DNA of 63,259 bases, counting the filler, from Octopus bimaculoides (lineage: Eukaryota): NCBI RefSeq assembly GCF_001194135.2. It is 6 parts of 6 records of this genome, joined end to end, with 100 filler letters (N's around TTAATTAATTAA, not from the genome) between each part and the next. Parts side by side here need not be neighbours in the genome. Positions count along the whole stretch, not along the records: positions 32,552 to 55,965 come from NC_068982.1; 5 more parts are not named here. One strand, written 5' to 3'. The notes under the pieces were generated by a model. The model was given only the letters and a program-made list of their open reading frames with translations, ran no database searches and was not told where the DNA came from. Every line of letters begins with the position of its first letter. Position 1 is the first letter of the stretch. Of the stretch, positions 38,464 to 50,869 are shown piece by piece. The position numbers were made by a program, and so were the translations under genes.

Positions 38464-38690
38464 AAGAGAAAGAGATTTTGTCTTTGTCAGCTACTAACGT
38501 TGACAATCGATGTTGGTGTGTTTACGTCCGTGTAACTTAGTGGTTCGGCAAAAGCGATAATAAAATTAGTACCAGCCTTAAAAGTAAAATATGCACAGGT
38601 GTCGATCCATTTGACTAGAATTCTTCAAGGGAAATGCTCCAGCATGGCCGCACTCTACTGACCGAAACAAATAAAGAGTAAAAGAAAAAA
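38216..38690 (+). mobile_element. tRNA-derived SINE family D with internal (CA)/(TA)/(GT) microsatellite (other copies 43594-44010 -, about 47440-47620 -, about 60272-60390 -)
   Basis: GGCTGTG.G.TAAG head, CCACATGGTTCCGGGTTCAGTCC B-box-like segment, shared CAGCATGGCCRCA and AAACAA.TAAAAGAGTAAAAGA tail. Confidence 0.7.
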
Positions 38691-39439
38691 ATATTCAAAT
38701 TTTAGAGCAAAGAAAAATGTAAGATGCCAATATTTTACTTGATTAAAAGTCATGTTTTCATAGATTTTTTATTTTGTTAATATTTATAGTAGTGGGACCT
38801 AGGGAAACGCCACAATGAGAGCATGCTGTGATTAGAGGAATTTAACTGCTATTTCAGACAGGTTGAATTGTATCCTAGTGGTTGTGACAGAAACTGGTTC
38901 AAGTTCCCTCATGCACTTGTTAAGCATTTAGTTCATAGAGATTGTACTTGAGAAGCAAAACAAAAGGCCTTAAACAAGATCAAACGAACAGCATGATTGT
39001 AATAGGTTGTAATAGTTGTGATATATAATAAAGGGTCACCTGAAATACTTGTTTGCTCCATTATGTTTGACAATAACTGTTTCGAATATTTCAACCACAA
39101 CAGTCTTACTCTACTCATCTTTTATATCTCTGCCAACATACCACGTCATTATAAATCAGGTTTCTAATAATCCAGTCTACATATAATAGCTCTAACACCT
39201 AAGCAGCAATTGATTTAGAAAAAGTATGGCATTTAACAGCTTGGATAAAATATCTACTTTATAAGAGCAACGGTTAGGAAACTAACAAATAATATCAGTT
39301 CAACACCACCACAACCACACCCACCCGCAAAAATATTGGTGGAATTTGTGGTCACACCGACACCCCCCATCATCCACTCCTTTATTAAGAAGAAACAATA
39401 TTGTTCATTCATATAATTTCATAAAATTGCTGTTGTTAC

Positions 39440-39860
39440 GGCGGCGAACCGGCAGAAACGTTAGCATGCCGGACGAAATGCTTAGCGTTATTTCGTCTGC
39501 CGTTACGTTCTGAGTTCAAATTCCGCCGAGGTCGACTCTGCCTTTCGGGGTCGATTAAATAAGTACCAGTTACGCACTGGGGTCGATATAATCGACTTAA
39601 TCCCTTTGTCTGTCCTTGTTTGTCCCCTCTATGTTTAGCCCCTTGTGGGCAAGAAAGAAATAAGAAACGTTAACACGCCGGGCGAAATGCTTAGTGGTAT
39701 TTCGTCCGTATTCACATTGTATGTTCAAATTCCGTTGAGGTCGACTTTGGCTTTGATCCTTTAGGGATAGATAAAATAAGTACTTGTTGAGTACTGGGGT
39801 TGATGTAATTCACTTATCCATTCCTCCAAAATTGCTGGCCTTGTACCAAAATTCGAAACC
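39440..39860 (+). mobile_element. Tandem SINE-B (39440-39662) followed by a head-clipped SINE-A (39663-39860)
   Basis: B tail ...TTTAGCCCCTTGTGGGCAAGAAAGAAATA joins directly to AGAAACGTTAACACGCCGGGCG. Confidence 0.8.
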
Positions 39861-39933
39861 AATATATTTACTGCCGTTGAGTTTTATTAGCATGCTTTAA
39901 ATATAAACTAACTCTTGTCTTTCTGTCTTCTAG

Positions 39934-40152
39934 GCAAACACAAGGATCCGAAATGGAGATATATCAGGTGCAAACGAAGCAAACACGAATGCAAGACGAT
40001 TTATCAAAGTATCAATTCTTGTTGGTTCACTCTGTTTTATTGTTGTAATCATTCTGACATTTGTTCTAACTACATTAGGATATTTTTCTCTTACAAGTAG
40101 TTCTGCCAATAACGATGACTTAAAATTCGAAAGGTTTTTTGATTCAGATTAA
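39934..40152 (+). CDS. CD225/dispanin membrane protein, terminal exon
   Basis: TCTTCTAG acceptor, phase 0: ANTRIRNGDISGANEANTNARRFIKVSILVGSLCFIVVIILTFVLTTLGYFSLTSSSANNDDLKFERFFDSD*; GDxxGA motif plus a TM helix; joins in frame to the 38043 exon. Confidence 0.8.
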   Translation, partial: ANTRIRNGDISGANEANTNARRFIKVSILVGSLCFIVVIILTFVLTTLGYFSLTSSSANNDDLKFERFFDSD

Positions 40153-41139
40153 ATGAAGTATGTTCTTTTTTTTATATACTTCATTAATTATTATCGTATA
40201 AAATATTCTCAGTAAGAAATGTCTAAATATATTGAGAACTTCAGTTAATAAATGATATGCTTGGTAATAAATGATATATTCTGATCGGAGATCTCTACGG
40301 CTTCAGCCTGAGGGCAAGAACTAATAATACACTAAAACTATGAGAGTATAGAGATATTCCTGCACCTCTTGTACCACTCCTTCTCTCCTGTTTAATCCCC
40401 CACGAAAGCAATGGGTGATGTTGTTGCATTTTGCTCTTATTTGGATCTTCTTTAGTATTATCGCAGGAACTATCAAACTTTAAAATCATTTTATAAAAAT
40501 ACTTGTTAAATAAAGCAAATTTTTAAACTCTTTTCTAGTTTTTCAAAATGATGCCTTAAAACCCGATATTTATATGAGCGTTTAACATATATTAGGCACT
40601 ACATAAGCAAAAAATAAGCTGTTATACACATACTTTGACAAATACCGCTATACACGTCAATACAAAATTTTAGATAATGGTAAATAGAAATGACAAAAAC
40701 TGAAAACTACAGTCAGATATTGATTAGAAATGTAGAGGAATATTTCTGGTAGCTTTCATTCGTAAATATTAGGGTTAATATTGGTTTAAATATTTCTTAT
40801 CATGTCAAACAATGGGAAGTAGAGTTCACAACAAACAAACAAATGATATTTTTCAGACAAGAAAGTAAATCTTCAACACAGTAAACCTGTAAGGACAGCA
40901 ACGGAAGATTGGGTATCTACGCTTATAAAACGGAAGTTGCCGACGGGCGGCTACTGGACTCGAACCCACACCCTTAAGATACCGTTTATGGAGTAGACCA
41001 CTAAGTTCAACTTGCACACCCACAACCATCACTGTTGAGTTTAAAGTTAAATTATCCATCAATTAATCAACTTGTATATTCTATAACGAACGGCAGCAGC
41101 AGCAGTAACGATGACAACAGTAAATACTGCTGCTGCTGC

Positions 41140-41403
41140 TGCCACTACTACTACCACTACTACTACTACCACTACTACTACTACCACTACTACTACCACT
41201 ACTACTACTACCACTACTACTACTACCACTACTACTACCACTACTACTACTACCACTACTACTACTACCACTACTACTACTACAACCACCANNNNNNNNN
41301 NNNNNNNNNNNNNNNNNNNNNNNNNNNNNNNNNNNNNNNNNNNNNNNNNNNNNNNNNNNNNNNNNNNNNNNNNNNNNNNNNNNNNNNNNNNNNNNNNNNN
41401 NNN

Positions 41404-41462
<59 letters not shown>

Positions 41463-41537
41463 CACCACCACCACCACCACCACTACTACTACCACCACCA
41501 CCACCACTACTACTACCACCACTACTACTACCATCAC

Positions 41538-41570
<33 letters not shown>
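41140..41570. repeat. (ACT)n/(ACC)n trinucleotide array spanning a gap
   Basis: Direct reading; gives the poly-T/Y/V/L ORFs. Confidence 0.95.
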
Positions 41571-42069
41571 GTAGCAAATCATTCTGCTGACCTCATTAGT
41601 ACTGAAGAATTCATTCTCATTCTCACTTATCTGAGAAGATAGAATGTGAGGGTGTGCCACCAGAAGTACTTATCTGGTGAGTGGTGGTGTGCGGAGATCT
41701 GGCCGTAAGTGACATTCTCCCGGACATTATGAAATATATCCAAGAGAATTGATTCGGAACAAGACTGGAAGATTTATTAGATGAATCTAGAAGAGCTGGG
41801 AAAAAGATCTTGACCTAATACAGCTCATAAAGAAGGGAGACTTTCACGTCACTGTGGAATGAAGGAGACCAAAATTCATATATGTGGTGACGCCTTCTAC
41901 CCGCAATACAAAGTGAAAGTATGGAGGCACCGCTGTTTTCAACATCACAGACATACAAACATAATTACAATGCCAGCAACAGCGTGCAACCGTAATATTA
42001 GTAATAGTAATAACAACAGCAACAACAAATGTGTTCATGAATGTATGCATTAGTCCTCTTTATGGAGCT

Positions 42070-42311
42070 GGAGTTTTGTTGAAGATCACTTCAACATGTG
42101 ATCAAGCCAATACTGAAAGTGCGTACAAACAGTTCATCAGCTCCAGAACTCAAGATTCTTATGTTACCGGAATAAGCAAACTTGTAACTCGTTGGCAAAA
42201 TGTGCTGCTCCTAATGGTACTTACTTTGATGAATAAAAGTTTCGCATTGTTGAAATATATTGTGATGAATTTCATGTTTCCAAACGTTGCTTAATTTTTA
42301 CTCAGCCTGAT
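42070..42311 (+). mobile_element. mariner transposase 3' relic
   Basis: ESAYKQFISSRTQDSYVTGISKLVTRWQ(KC..SNGTYFDE*) followed by a TIR-like TTTTACTCAGCCTGATA. Confidence 0.65.
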
Positions 42312-42534
42312 ACATGCGTACGTTTCGGAAAGAAAAAAAATCATATGACGTTAGTTTCCATGTAAGTTCCGTGCTTAAGATAAGAATTTCAGCTCAGAAA
42401 GGAGGGAACGAATTGCTCGACTGAATTTGCTGCTCATTGCTAATTCATGAGAAATGTTTACTTTGTTCAATATAGATAAAAACGTAGGAGAGAGAGAGAG
42501 AAAGAGAAAGATAGAGGGAGAGAGAGAGAGCGAA

Positions 42535-42572
<38 letters not shown>

Positions 42573-44147
42573 TTATTAGCTACTTATATGGACAATTCAA
42601 TGAGCAATACACTGACGCATGTAAATATACTTGGTCAACAGAAAAACAGTTGCTTTAGAAATACACATACAGAAACAGACACACGCACACACACACACAC
42701 ACACACAAACAAACACACACACACACATATANNNNNNNNNNNNNNNNNNNNNNNNNNNNNNNNNNNNNNNNNNNNNNNNNNNNNNNNNNNNNNNNNNNNN
42801 NNNNNNNNNNNNNNNNNNNNNNNNNNNNNNNNNNNNNNNNNNNNNNNNNNNNNNNNNNNNNNNNNNNNNNNNNNNNNNNNNNNNNNNNNNNNNNNNNNNN
42901 NNNNNNNNNNNNNNNNNNNNNNNNNNNNNNNNNNNNNNNNNNNNNNNNNNNNNNNNNNNNNNNNNNNNNNNNNNNNNNNNNNNNNNNNNNNNNNNNNNNN
43001 NNNNNNNNNNNNNNNNNNNNNNNNNNNNNNNNNNNNNNNNNNNNNNNNNNNNNNNNNNNNNNNNNNNNNNNNNNNNNNNNNNNNNNNNNNNNNNNNNNNN
43101 NNNNNNNNNNNNNNNNNNNNNNNNNNNNNNNNNNNNNNNNNNNNNNNNNNNNNNNNNNNNNNNNNNNNNNNNNNNNNNNNNNNNNNNNNNNNNNNNNNNN
43201 NNNNNNNNNNNNNNNNNNNNNNNNNNNNNNNNNNNNNNNNNNNNNNNNNNNNNNNNNNNNNNNNNNNNNNNNNNNNNNNNNNNNNNNNNNNNNNNNNNNN
43301 NNNNNNNNNNNNNNNNNNNNNNNNNNNNNNNNNNNNNNNNNNNNNNNNNNNNNNNNNNNNNNNNNNNNNNNNNNNNNNNNNNNNNNNNNNNNNNNNNNNN
43401 NNNNNNNNNNNNNNNNNNNNNNNNNNNNNNNNNNNNNNNNNNNNNNNNNNNNNNNNTATATATATATATATATATGTATCACGTGATCACGTAACCGCCA
43501 CATCGCTGGACTCAATGAGATTTTTGTTTTGTTTTAGCCTTTGAATAACGTCACCCGGCTATTGTTTTCCATTTCTTTTATATATATATATGCTTCTCTT
43601 TTACTCTTTTACTTGTTTCAGTCATTTGACTGTGGCCATGCTGGAGCACCGCCTTTAGTCGAGAAAATCGACTCCAGGACTTATTCTTCGTAAGACTAGT
43701 ACTTATTCTATCGGTTCTTTTGCCGAAACGCTAAGTTACGGGGACATAAACACACCAACATCGGTTGTCAAGCGATGTTGGGGGGAGAAACACAGACACA
43801 CAAACATGTATACACACACATACATATATATAAATATACATATATGCGTCGGGCTTATTTCAGTTTCCGTCATCAAATCCACTCAAAAGGCTTTGGTCGG
43901 CCCGAGGCTATAGTAAAAAACACTTGCCCAGGGTGCCACGCAATGGGACTGAACCCGGAACCATGTGGTTCGTAAGCAAGATACTTACCACACAGCCACT
44001 CCTACGCCTCATATATATATATATATATATGAAAGAGGAGCCGAAAAATACATTACGAAGGATATATCGTAAACAATTCAAAATTATTTACGAATATATC
44101 AGTGGCGAGAACATCCAAACAAAAAAATTTTTCATAAAAGAACAGTG

Positions 44148-44770
44148 TATAACGGAGAGGGTTGTAAAACCCCTTACATGTCTAGAAATAGCAGTCAAAA
44201 CCGCTATAAAGCCATTATAAACACTCATATTATATCTCTTCACAACAAAGGCTGTCGGCGGGCAACATGACATAAAATTCAAAACTTAAATAAGAATAAA
44301 AGATTTAGACCGCTATTGCGATTTCGAAATTAGGAACCATAAAGGTTCCACTCTTCTCATCAGGAAAACATTCCTGTAGATACAAATTAGCACCAAAAAC
44401 ATACCTTGGGGCTTAACACGTATCCGGATCGGCAAGAATAATATGTCAACCTCTATCTACACGTTCAAATTCTGAATTCCAACGTCATGTACAGCGTTTA
44501 TAAAAAATGACTAGTAAATCGAGTCACGGCGAAAAACTAGATACGAGTTAAAAATTAAATAATAAAAGAAGAACCCTTTTGGTTCTTAACTTCGAAATTA
44601 CAATGGAGGACTAACCTTTTATTTTTATTTGAGTTTTGAATTTTATGTCATGTCGCCCGCTAACAGCTTTTATTTTGAAGAGATATAAGATGAGTGACTA
44701 TAGTGACTTGATAGCGGTTTTGACTGCTATTTCTAGACATGTAAGCGTTTTTGCAACCCTCTCCGTTATA
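44148..44770. mobile_element. Fold-back DNA element with about 190-bp diverged TIRs
   Basis: Arms about 44148-44338 and 44581-44770 share TATAACGGAGAGGGTTG and CTTACATGTCTAGAAATAGCAGTCAAAACCGCTAT in inverted orientation. Confidence 0.75.
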
Positions 44771-44849
44771 ATTGTTTTTTATTCACAATTATACACTTTT
44801 CTTTTATCCATCCATCCATCCATCCATCCATCTATCCATCCAACCATCG

Positions 44850-44915
<66 letters not shown>

Positions 44916-45759
44916 ATCCTCTTGGAGCTAATCAACGGCAGCATTCGTCCTATTTTTTGGACTGCCATGTTGGCTTGGCGATAACTATTAATATTCAGTA
45001 CCGCTGCCGTAGTCTCCTTTAGAGAGACTTAGAAATATTAATCTCTCTCTCTCTCTCTCTCTCTNNNNNNNNNNNNNNNNNNNNNNNNNNNNNNNNNNNN
45101 NNNNNNNNNNNNNNNNNNNNNNNNNNNNNNNNNNNNNNNNNNNNNNNNNNNNNNNNNNNNNNNNNNNNNNNNNNNNNNNNNNNNNNNNNNNNNNNNNNNN
45201 NNNNNNNNNNNNNNNNNNNNNNNNNNNNNNNNNNNNNNNNNNNNNNNNNNNNNNNNNNNNNNNNNNNNNNNNNNNNNNNNNNNNNNNNNNNNNNNNNNNN
45301 NNNNNNNNNNNNNNNNNNNNNNNNNNNNNNNNNNNNNNNNNNNNNNNNNNNNNNNNNNNNNNNNNNNNNNNNNNNNNNNNNNNNNNNNNNNNNNNNNNNN
45401 NNNNNNNNNNNNNNNNNNNNNNNNNNNNNNNNNNNNNNNNNNNNNNNNNNNNNNNNNNNNNNNNNNNNNNNNNNNNNNNNNNNNNNNNNNNNNNNNNNNN
45501 NNNNNNNNNNNNNNNNNNNNNNNNNNNNNNNNNNNNNNNNNNNNNNNNNNNNNNNNNNNNNNNNNNNNNNNNNNNNNNNNNNNNNNNNNNNNNNNNNNNN
45601 NNNNNNNNNNNNNNNNNNNNNNNNNNNNNNNNNNNNNNNNNNNNNNNNNNNNNNNNNNNNNNNNNNNNNNNNNNNNNNNNNNNNNNNNNNNNNNNNNNNN
45701 NNNNNNNNNNNNNNNNNNNNNNNNNNATATATATATATATATATATATATAACCTTTAG

Positions 45760-46112
45760 CTGGCCAACATGACACTCGGAATTTAATTGCACATGGTCTC
45801 TTTGATTGTGTCGAGAATTATGAAAACTGTTTGAAAACTTTGCGTAGGACTCTGAGCAGGTATCACAAAACTTTTGGCAAAATTTGATGCAGATTCTCTG
45901 CTCGACTTTCTTTGTCATGTTCAATGCGACGATCACACGCTAGACACCTTCCTTCCAAGCACTGCTGTAAACAGTGAAATTGATCTAGACCGTTAAAATG
46001 TAGTGCATATACAAAGTATACTTTAAAGTCAATCTGTGCCCAGTGGCTTCACTCTGAGTAGTTTAGCTTCGTTACTATGGCAACGGTCCTGATACTTATT
46101 GATCAGATCATT
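45760..46112 (-). mobile_element. mariner 5' relic (TIR region plus N-terminal transposase)
   Basis: TKKVEQRICIKFCQKFCDTCSESYAK, the mariner EQRxxIKF motif, downstream of CTGATCAATAAGTATCAGGACCGTTGCCATAG. Confidence 0.7.
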
Positions 46113-48082
46113 TACACACATCACACAGACAGATGCATAGGGATAAGTATCGTTTGCGATAAGAGGTTACACAATCAAATGAGTAGTGTAATTAAATTGG
46201 GTGAGTCACAAAAGGCTTAATTCAGTTGAATTTGTAATGTTCCATAACTTAAGTTCAAACCTCTAGATACTGTTATCAGAATGTTCAAGTCCTTCTCAAC
46301 AACTCCACTCACCACTCCCGCCTCTACCATATAATTAATAAACTGAATAAATGATTACTAAGGAGGCAAAAATAGAGACCAGATTAAAATACAGACAGCG
46401 CTTAGTACGGGTATGTAATAAGAACATAGTGATGATGGTAGGTATGTGCAAAGCGTGGGGGGAAGTACTGATAAAGACTGTCGGTGGCATTGGTGCGTGT
46501 GTGTACATCCTTATATATACATATATGTGTATACACACACATATGCACACATACACAAATATATATAGGAACGTACGTCTTATAAACACATATGTCTATG
46601 TTGGATTTTTATCAAGGAAGGCGGAAATTCTTCTGGCTAGCTTCGTCTAACCATATCTTACACGTTGTATAAAGATTTCATTCTCTGCAAGTTACTCTCT
46701 GTGATGCTTGCTCCTTCCATATAGTCCGGTTGGCTACTTCCATGCACTCGATTCACACGTATTTTTGTACAGCATGCATGGTTCAACGTTCTCTGCCGAC
46801 ACAGATGGCAGCCCACTCTCTACCAGATGCCTAAGCCTTTGAAGATGTCATAGATACATGAACTGCGATTAAAATTACACTACATGCTCATCAAAGATGG
46901 ACGGTATTTTTCTGTTGTTGGGCGGGCAAAATATCAAAGTACGGTGATGTGGCGTGAGTGCTGCGAGATTCATGTAATCCATGCAAGAATAGAACAAAAC
47001 AGATGCTCTGCATAATTTTGCCTACCGAATTTCATTCACGAAGAATTAGTTAAGCTGAAGCTTTGATAGAAGACACTTTCCCCAAACATCACACTTTGGG
47101 ATGAAACTATGAACAATAGGGTCGTAAACTTCACTTCTTCGCTACAAATCTACGACAAAAGAGTTAAGTTTTAAAAAACAATATAAATAATAATAATCTT
47201 CATCATCATCATTTAGCGGCCGCTTTTCAATGCTTGCACGGATTAGACGGAATTCATTGAGTTAGGTTTTCTGCAGCCGAATACCTTTCCTGTCACCTAC
47301 CCCCCACCTGATTCCAAGCAAGGTAACATTTTCATGGAAGACTGGAAATGAGCAATATTTCTTGCATGATTCTCATTTACAATCACCACATGATGTCAAG
47401 ACAGGGATATAGATGAATATACATCTCACACGCATATACATGTCCGTGTATGTATATATACAATGGGATTGTTTCAGTTTTAGTCTTCAAAATCCACTCA
47501 CAAGTCTTTGATGGATCTGGCTCTATAGTAGAAAACATTTGCCGATGACGCCGCGTAGTGGTCTTAAACTGGAGACCACATGGTTGAAAAGGAATTTTCG
47601 TAATCTCACAACTACCTCTGCACCTTATGAATTTATAAGAAATCAATGAAAATGTAATTCATATTTCTAGATTATGAAACTTACGCATTTCATTTCATAC
47701 GTTTCCTGATTATTCTTCGGTGTAATCATAGACACACATCAGATATTTATTTTCCTGGAAATTTCAAGAAATAAACTGAGACATGCTTCTACATTATCTT
47801 CAACAAGATATAATCCCACTATTGTAGTGATCAATCACTAAATATACTCATTTGATTTCCAGAGAATGTTGCTTGGATTGTAAGGACTCAAACGAAAAAG
47901 ACCAATTCGAATATGAAACCAGGTGTTTGTAGGGAGAATATTTGGATATTTGTGAGGTGTGAAAAGTTGTTAATGACTGCAGTATTTCCTTGTCCTAAAT
48001 GATGATGTTCCCTATCACTTTATATTAACGATTTACTGTAAAGTAAGATCTACCCATAGCAAGTTGTCTTTGTCTAGATGCA

Positions 48083-48471
48083 CCGTTGTTGTTGGCACTC
48101 CGTCGCTTACGACGTCGAGGGTTCCAGTTGATCCGATCAACGGAACAGCCTGCTCGTGAAATTAACGTGCAAGTGGCTGAGCACTCCACAGACACATGTA
48201 CCCTTAACGTAGTTCTCGGGGATATTCAGCGTGACACAGTGTGACAAGGCTGACCCTTTGAATTACAGGCACAACGGAAACAGGAAGTAAGAGGGAGAGA
48301 AAGTTGTGGCGAAAGAGTACAACAGGGTTCGCCACCATCCCCTGCCGGAGCCTCATGGAGCTTTAGGTGTTTTCACTCAATAAACACTCACAACGCCCGG
48401 TCTGGGAATCGAAACCGCGATCCTATGACCGCGAGTCCGCTGCCCTAACCACTGGGCCATTGCGCCTCCAC
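48083..48471 (-). mobile_element. Full-length SINE family C
   Basis: tRNA-like head, (AAC)n tail, 10-bp TSD TCTAGATGCA at 48073-48082 and 48472-48481. Confidence 0.9.
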
Positions 48472-49005
48472 TCTAGATGCATCATATAGTCATGAAATGT
48501 ATATAAATTATTAACTATTTAGATAGTTGAGAAATGTCCTGCGTCATGATCATCTACATCATTTGTAAAATATTTAGCTTTGAGCAGAATTTATTATGAG
48601 AAATGTAAAAGTGGGAAATTTACTCATCCTACAACAGGGAATTTATCCCCTCTACCTCAAAAATTATAATGAAGTTAGGTGGATTAACTCCAGCTCCGCA
48701 TCTTTTCTGAAAGAGAGGTAGTCATTGGACATATTCGCAATGTATTCTTCATATGTTGGCAGAAGGAATTCTATTTTCATCTTATAAGCTTCAACTAATA
48801 AGGAAGTCGCAAAGAGAAACTTATAAAAATATTTAAAGGTCCTGTTTTGAGGGTAATGCAATAGTGATGATATTAATTGATTTTTTTAAAAAAGGAGACA
48901 AATTTTCACTAGAAAAATTAAAGTCACCAACCAGTGTACAACATCAGTTGATTAATTACATTTTATGAGGAAATATCCTTCTTCGAATCTAATTTCTTTT
49001 TACAG

Positions 49006-49209
49006 GTGACACAACAACCTAGGGAGCCAACTTTGCTCCACCAAGTCACTCCGAATATACTGGATACTCTTCTATTGCTGGGCATCCTACAGCATCTAGA
49101 TATCCCCCCATCACTTGGATATCCAACAGCATCAAGATATACCCCACTATCTGGTTACTCTTCACTTTATCCAGAGCAGCAACAGTCACGATTCAAAGGT
49201 CCCGTTTCT
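49006..49209 (+). pseudogene. Gly-Tyr-Pro-rich pseudo-exon, probably the N-terminal exon of a CD225/PRRT-like paralogue
   Basis: TTTTTACAG acceptor and GTAAGT donor; internal repeat GHPTASRYPP / GYPTASRYTP with a 37-nt versus 36-nt unit (frameshift) and an early TAG in the phase-1 reading; ends in phase 0. Confidence 0.5.
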
Positions 49210-50017
49210 GTAAGTAAATATTTTTTCATATCATTATGATTTTTGCTTTTCAGCACCCATATATCCTAAATAGAGATCTTTTGTCTAACTGGATTTAGCC
49301 ATAAAAGTGCAACTATGCTAAGAAACAATCATAAAGAATTTTATTCAATCATATGATCATATCGAATAAAATGTATATTACATGTTTTAGTTTCGTATTT
49401 ATTTTCAATTCTTATCGATCGAATGACAAACAGACTATACAGAACTACAATATTAACAAGAGCATCCTAAACACCTGATGTGAAGCATATATGCACACGA
49501 ATATATACACGTTTTATGTATGTGTGTGTCTGTGCGTTCGCATGCATCATTGGATTTGTCAAAGTTTCGATCAACTACATCCAAATCGCTAGCTCTTTGT
49601 CAACTCAAGACTCTGGTAAAGTGTTGATCATGGTGCCGTGAAATGGGATCAAACCTGGAGTCTACTTGTTCTGAGGTGAATTTTTAACTACAATGTGATG
49701 TGTGCACCTGCAAAAGTAAGACTTAAATTAATCAATTTTACTTCTCCAATGAAATTAATATAATATAGGCTTAAACACGTGATGAAGGTAGGTGAATTCG
49801 GAAAACGGTGTTTGATAGATCCTTCAGCAAGGAGATAATCTTAATGACAAACCAGATTTCTATTGTTTAGATCCTTGTATCAAATACCCGGGCTCCAATC
49901 GATAAAATTCTATAGTCTCTTACAAAGAGAAAGAACACATGGGATAAAATACTGATAGAATATCCAGAAAAAGACAGAATGGTTATAACTGATATGCTTT
50001 CAATATAGAACTGGTCA

Positions 50018-50400
50018 TGTGGAGGCGCAATGGCCCAGTGGTTAGGGCAGCGGACTCGCGATCATAGGATCGCGGTTTCGATTCCGGGCGTTGTGAGTGT
50101 TTATTGAGCGAAAACACCTAAAGCTCCACGAGGCTCCGGCAGGGGATGGTGGCGAACCCTGCTGTACTCTTTCACCACAACTTTCTCTCACTCTTACGTC
50201 CTGTTTCTGTTGTGCCTGTAATTCAAAGGGTCAGCCTTGTCACACTGTGTCACGCTGAATATCCCCCGAGAACTACGTTAAGGGTACACGTGTCTGTGGA
50301 GTGCTCAGCCACTTGCACGTTAATTTCACGAGCAGGCTGTTCCGTTGATCGGATCAACTGGAACCCTCGACGTTGTAAGCGACGTAGTGCCAACAACAGG
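50018..50400 (+). mobile_element. Full-length SINE family C
   Basis: As for 48083-48471; TSD ACTGGTCA at 50010-50017 and 50401-50408. Confidence 0.9.
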
Positions 50401-50450
50401 ACTGGTCAATAAGAGCTAACCTGGAGTTAAACAATAATAGCAACAAGCAT

Positions 50451-50482
<32 letters not shown>

Positions 50483-50869
50483 TATTGTTGCTGTCATTGT
50501 TACTACTACTGCTCGTCATAGACAATAGAAGTTGATTTATTGATGTATTTACAAATCTTAAACAACTACCATATTGTTATATAATTGATTAGTTAAAATA
50601 TAGAATTTTATTAAGGGAAAATACTTTCAGATATTGTTCTAAAGACGAATTAGATATGCTAAAATTCAATACGCACATTTGAAATAGAACCATTGAAATC
50701 GTTATTTTCTTGTTTGCAAAATACCAACCATATCTGACGCTTCCAAAGTTTATTTATAAAACGTTGTCGCATTTGAATATCTATAATTTACGTTTAAATT
50801 TAACAGTGATTGCGTCAGGGTGCAATTTAACTTAGTGCTCTAGTCTAAAGGACGGTATCTGAGAGGTGA

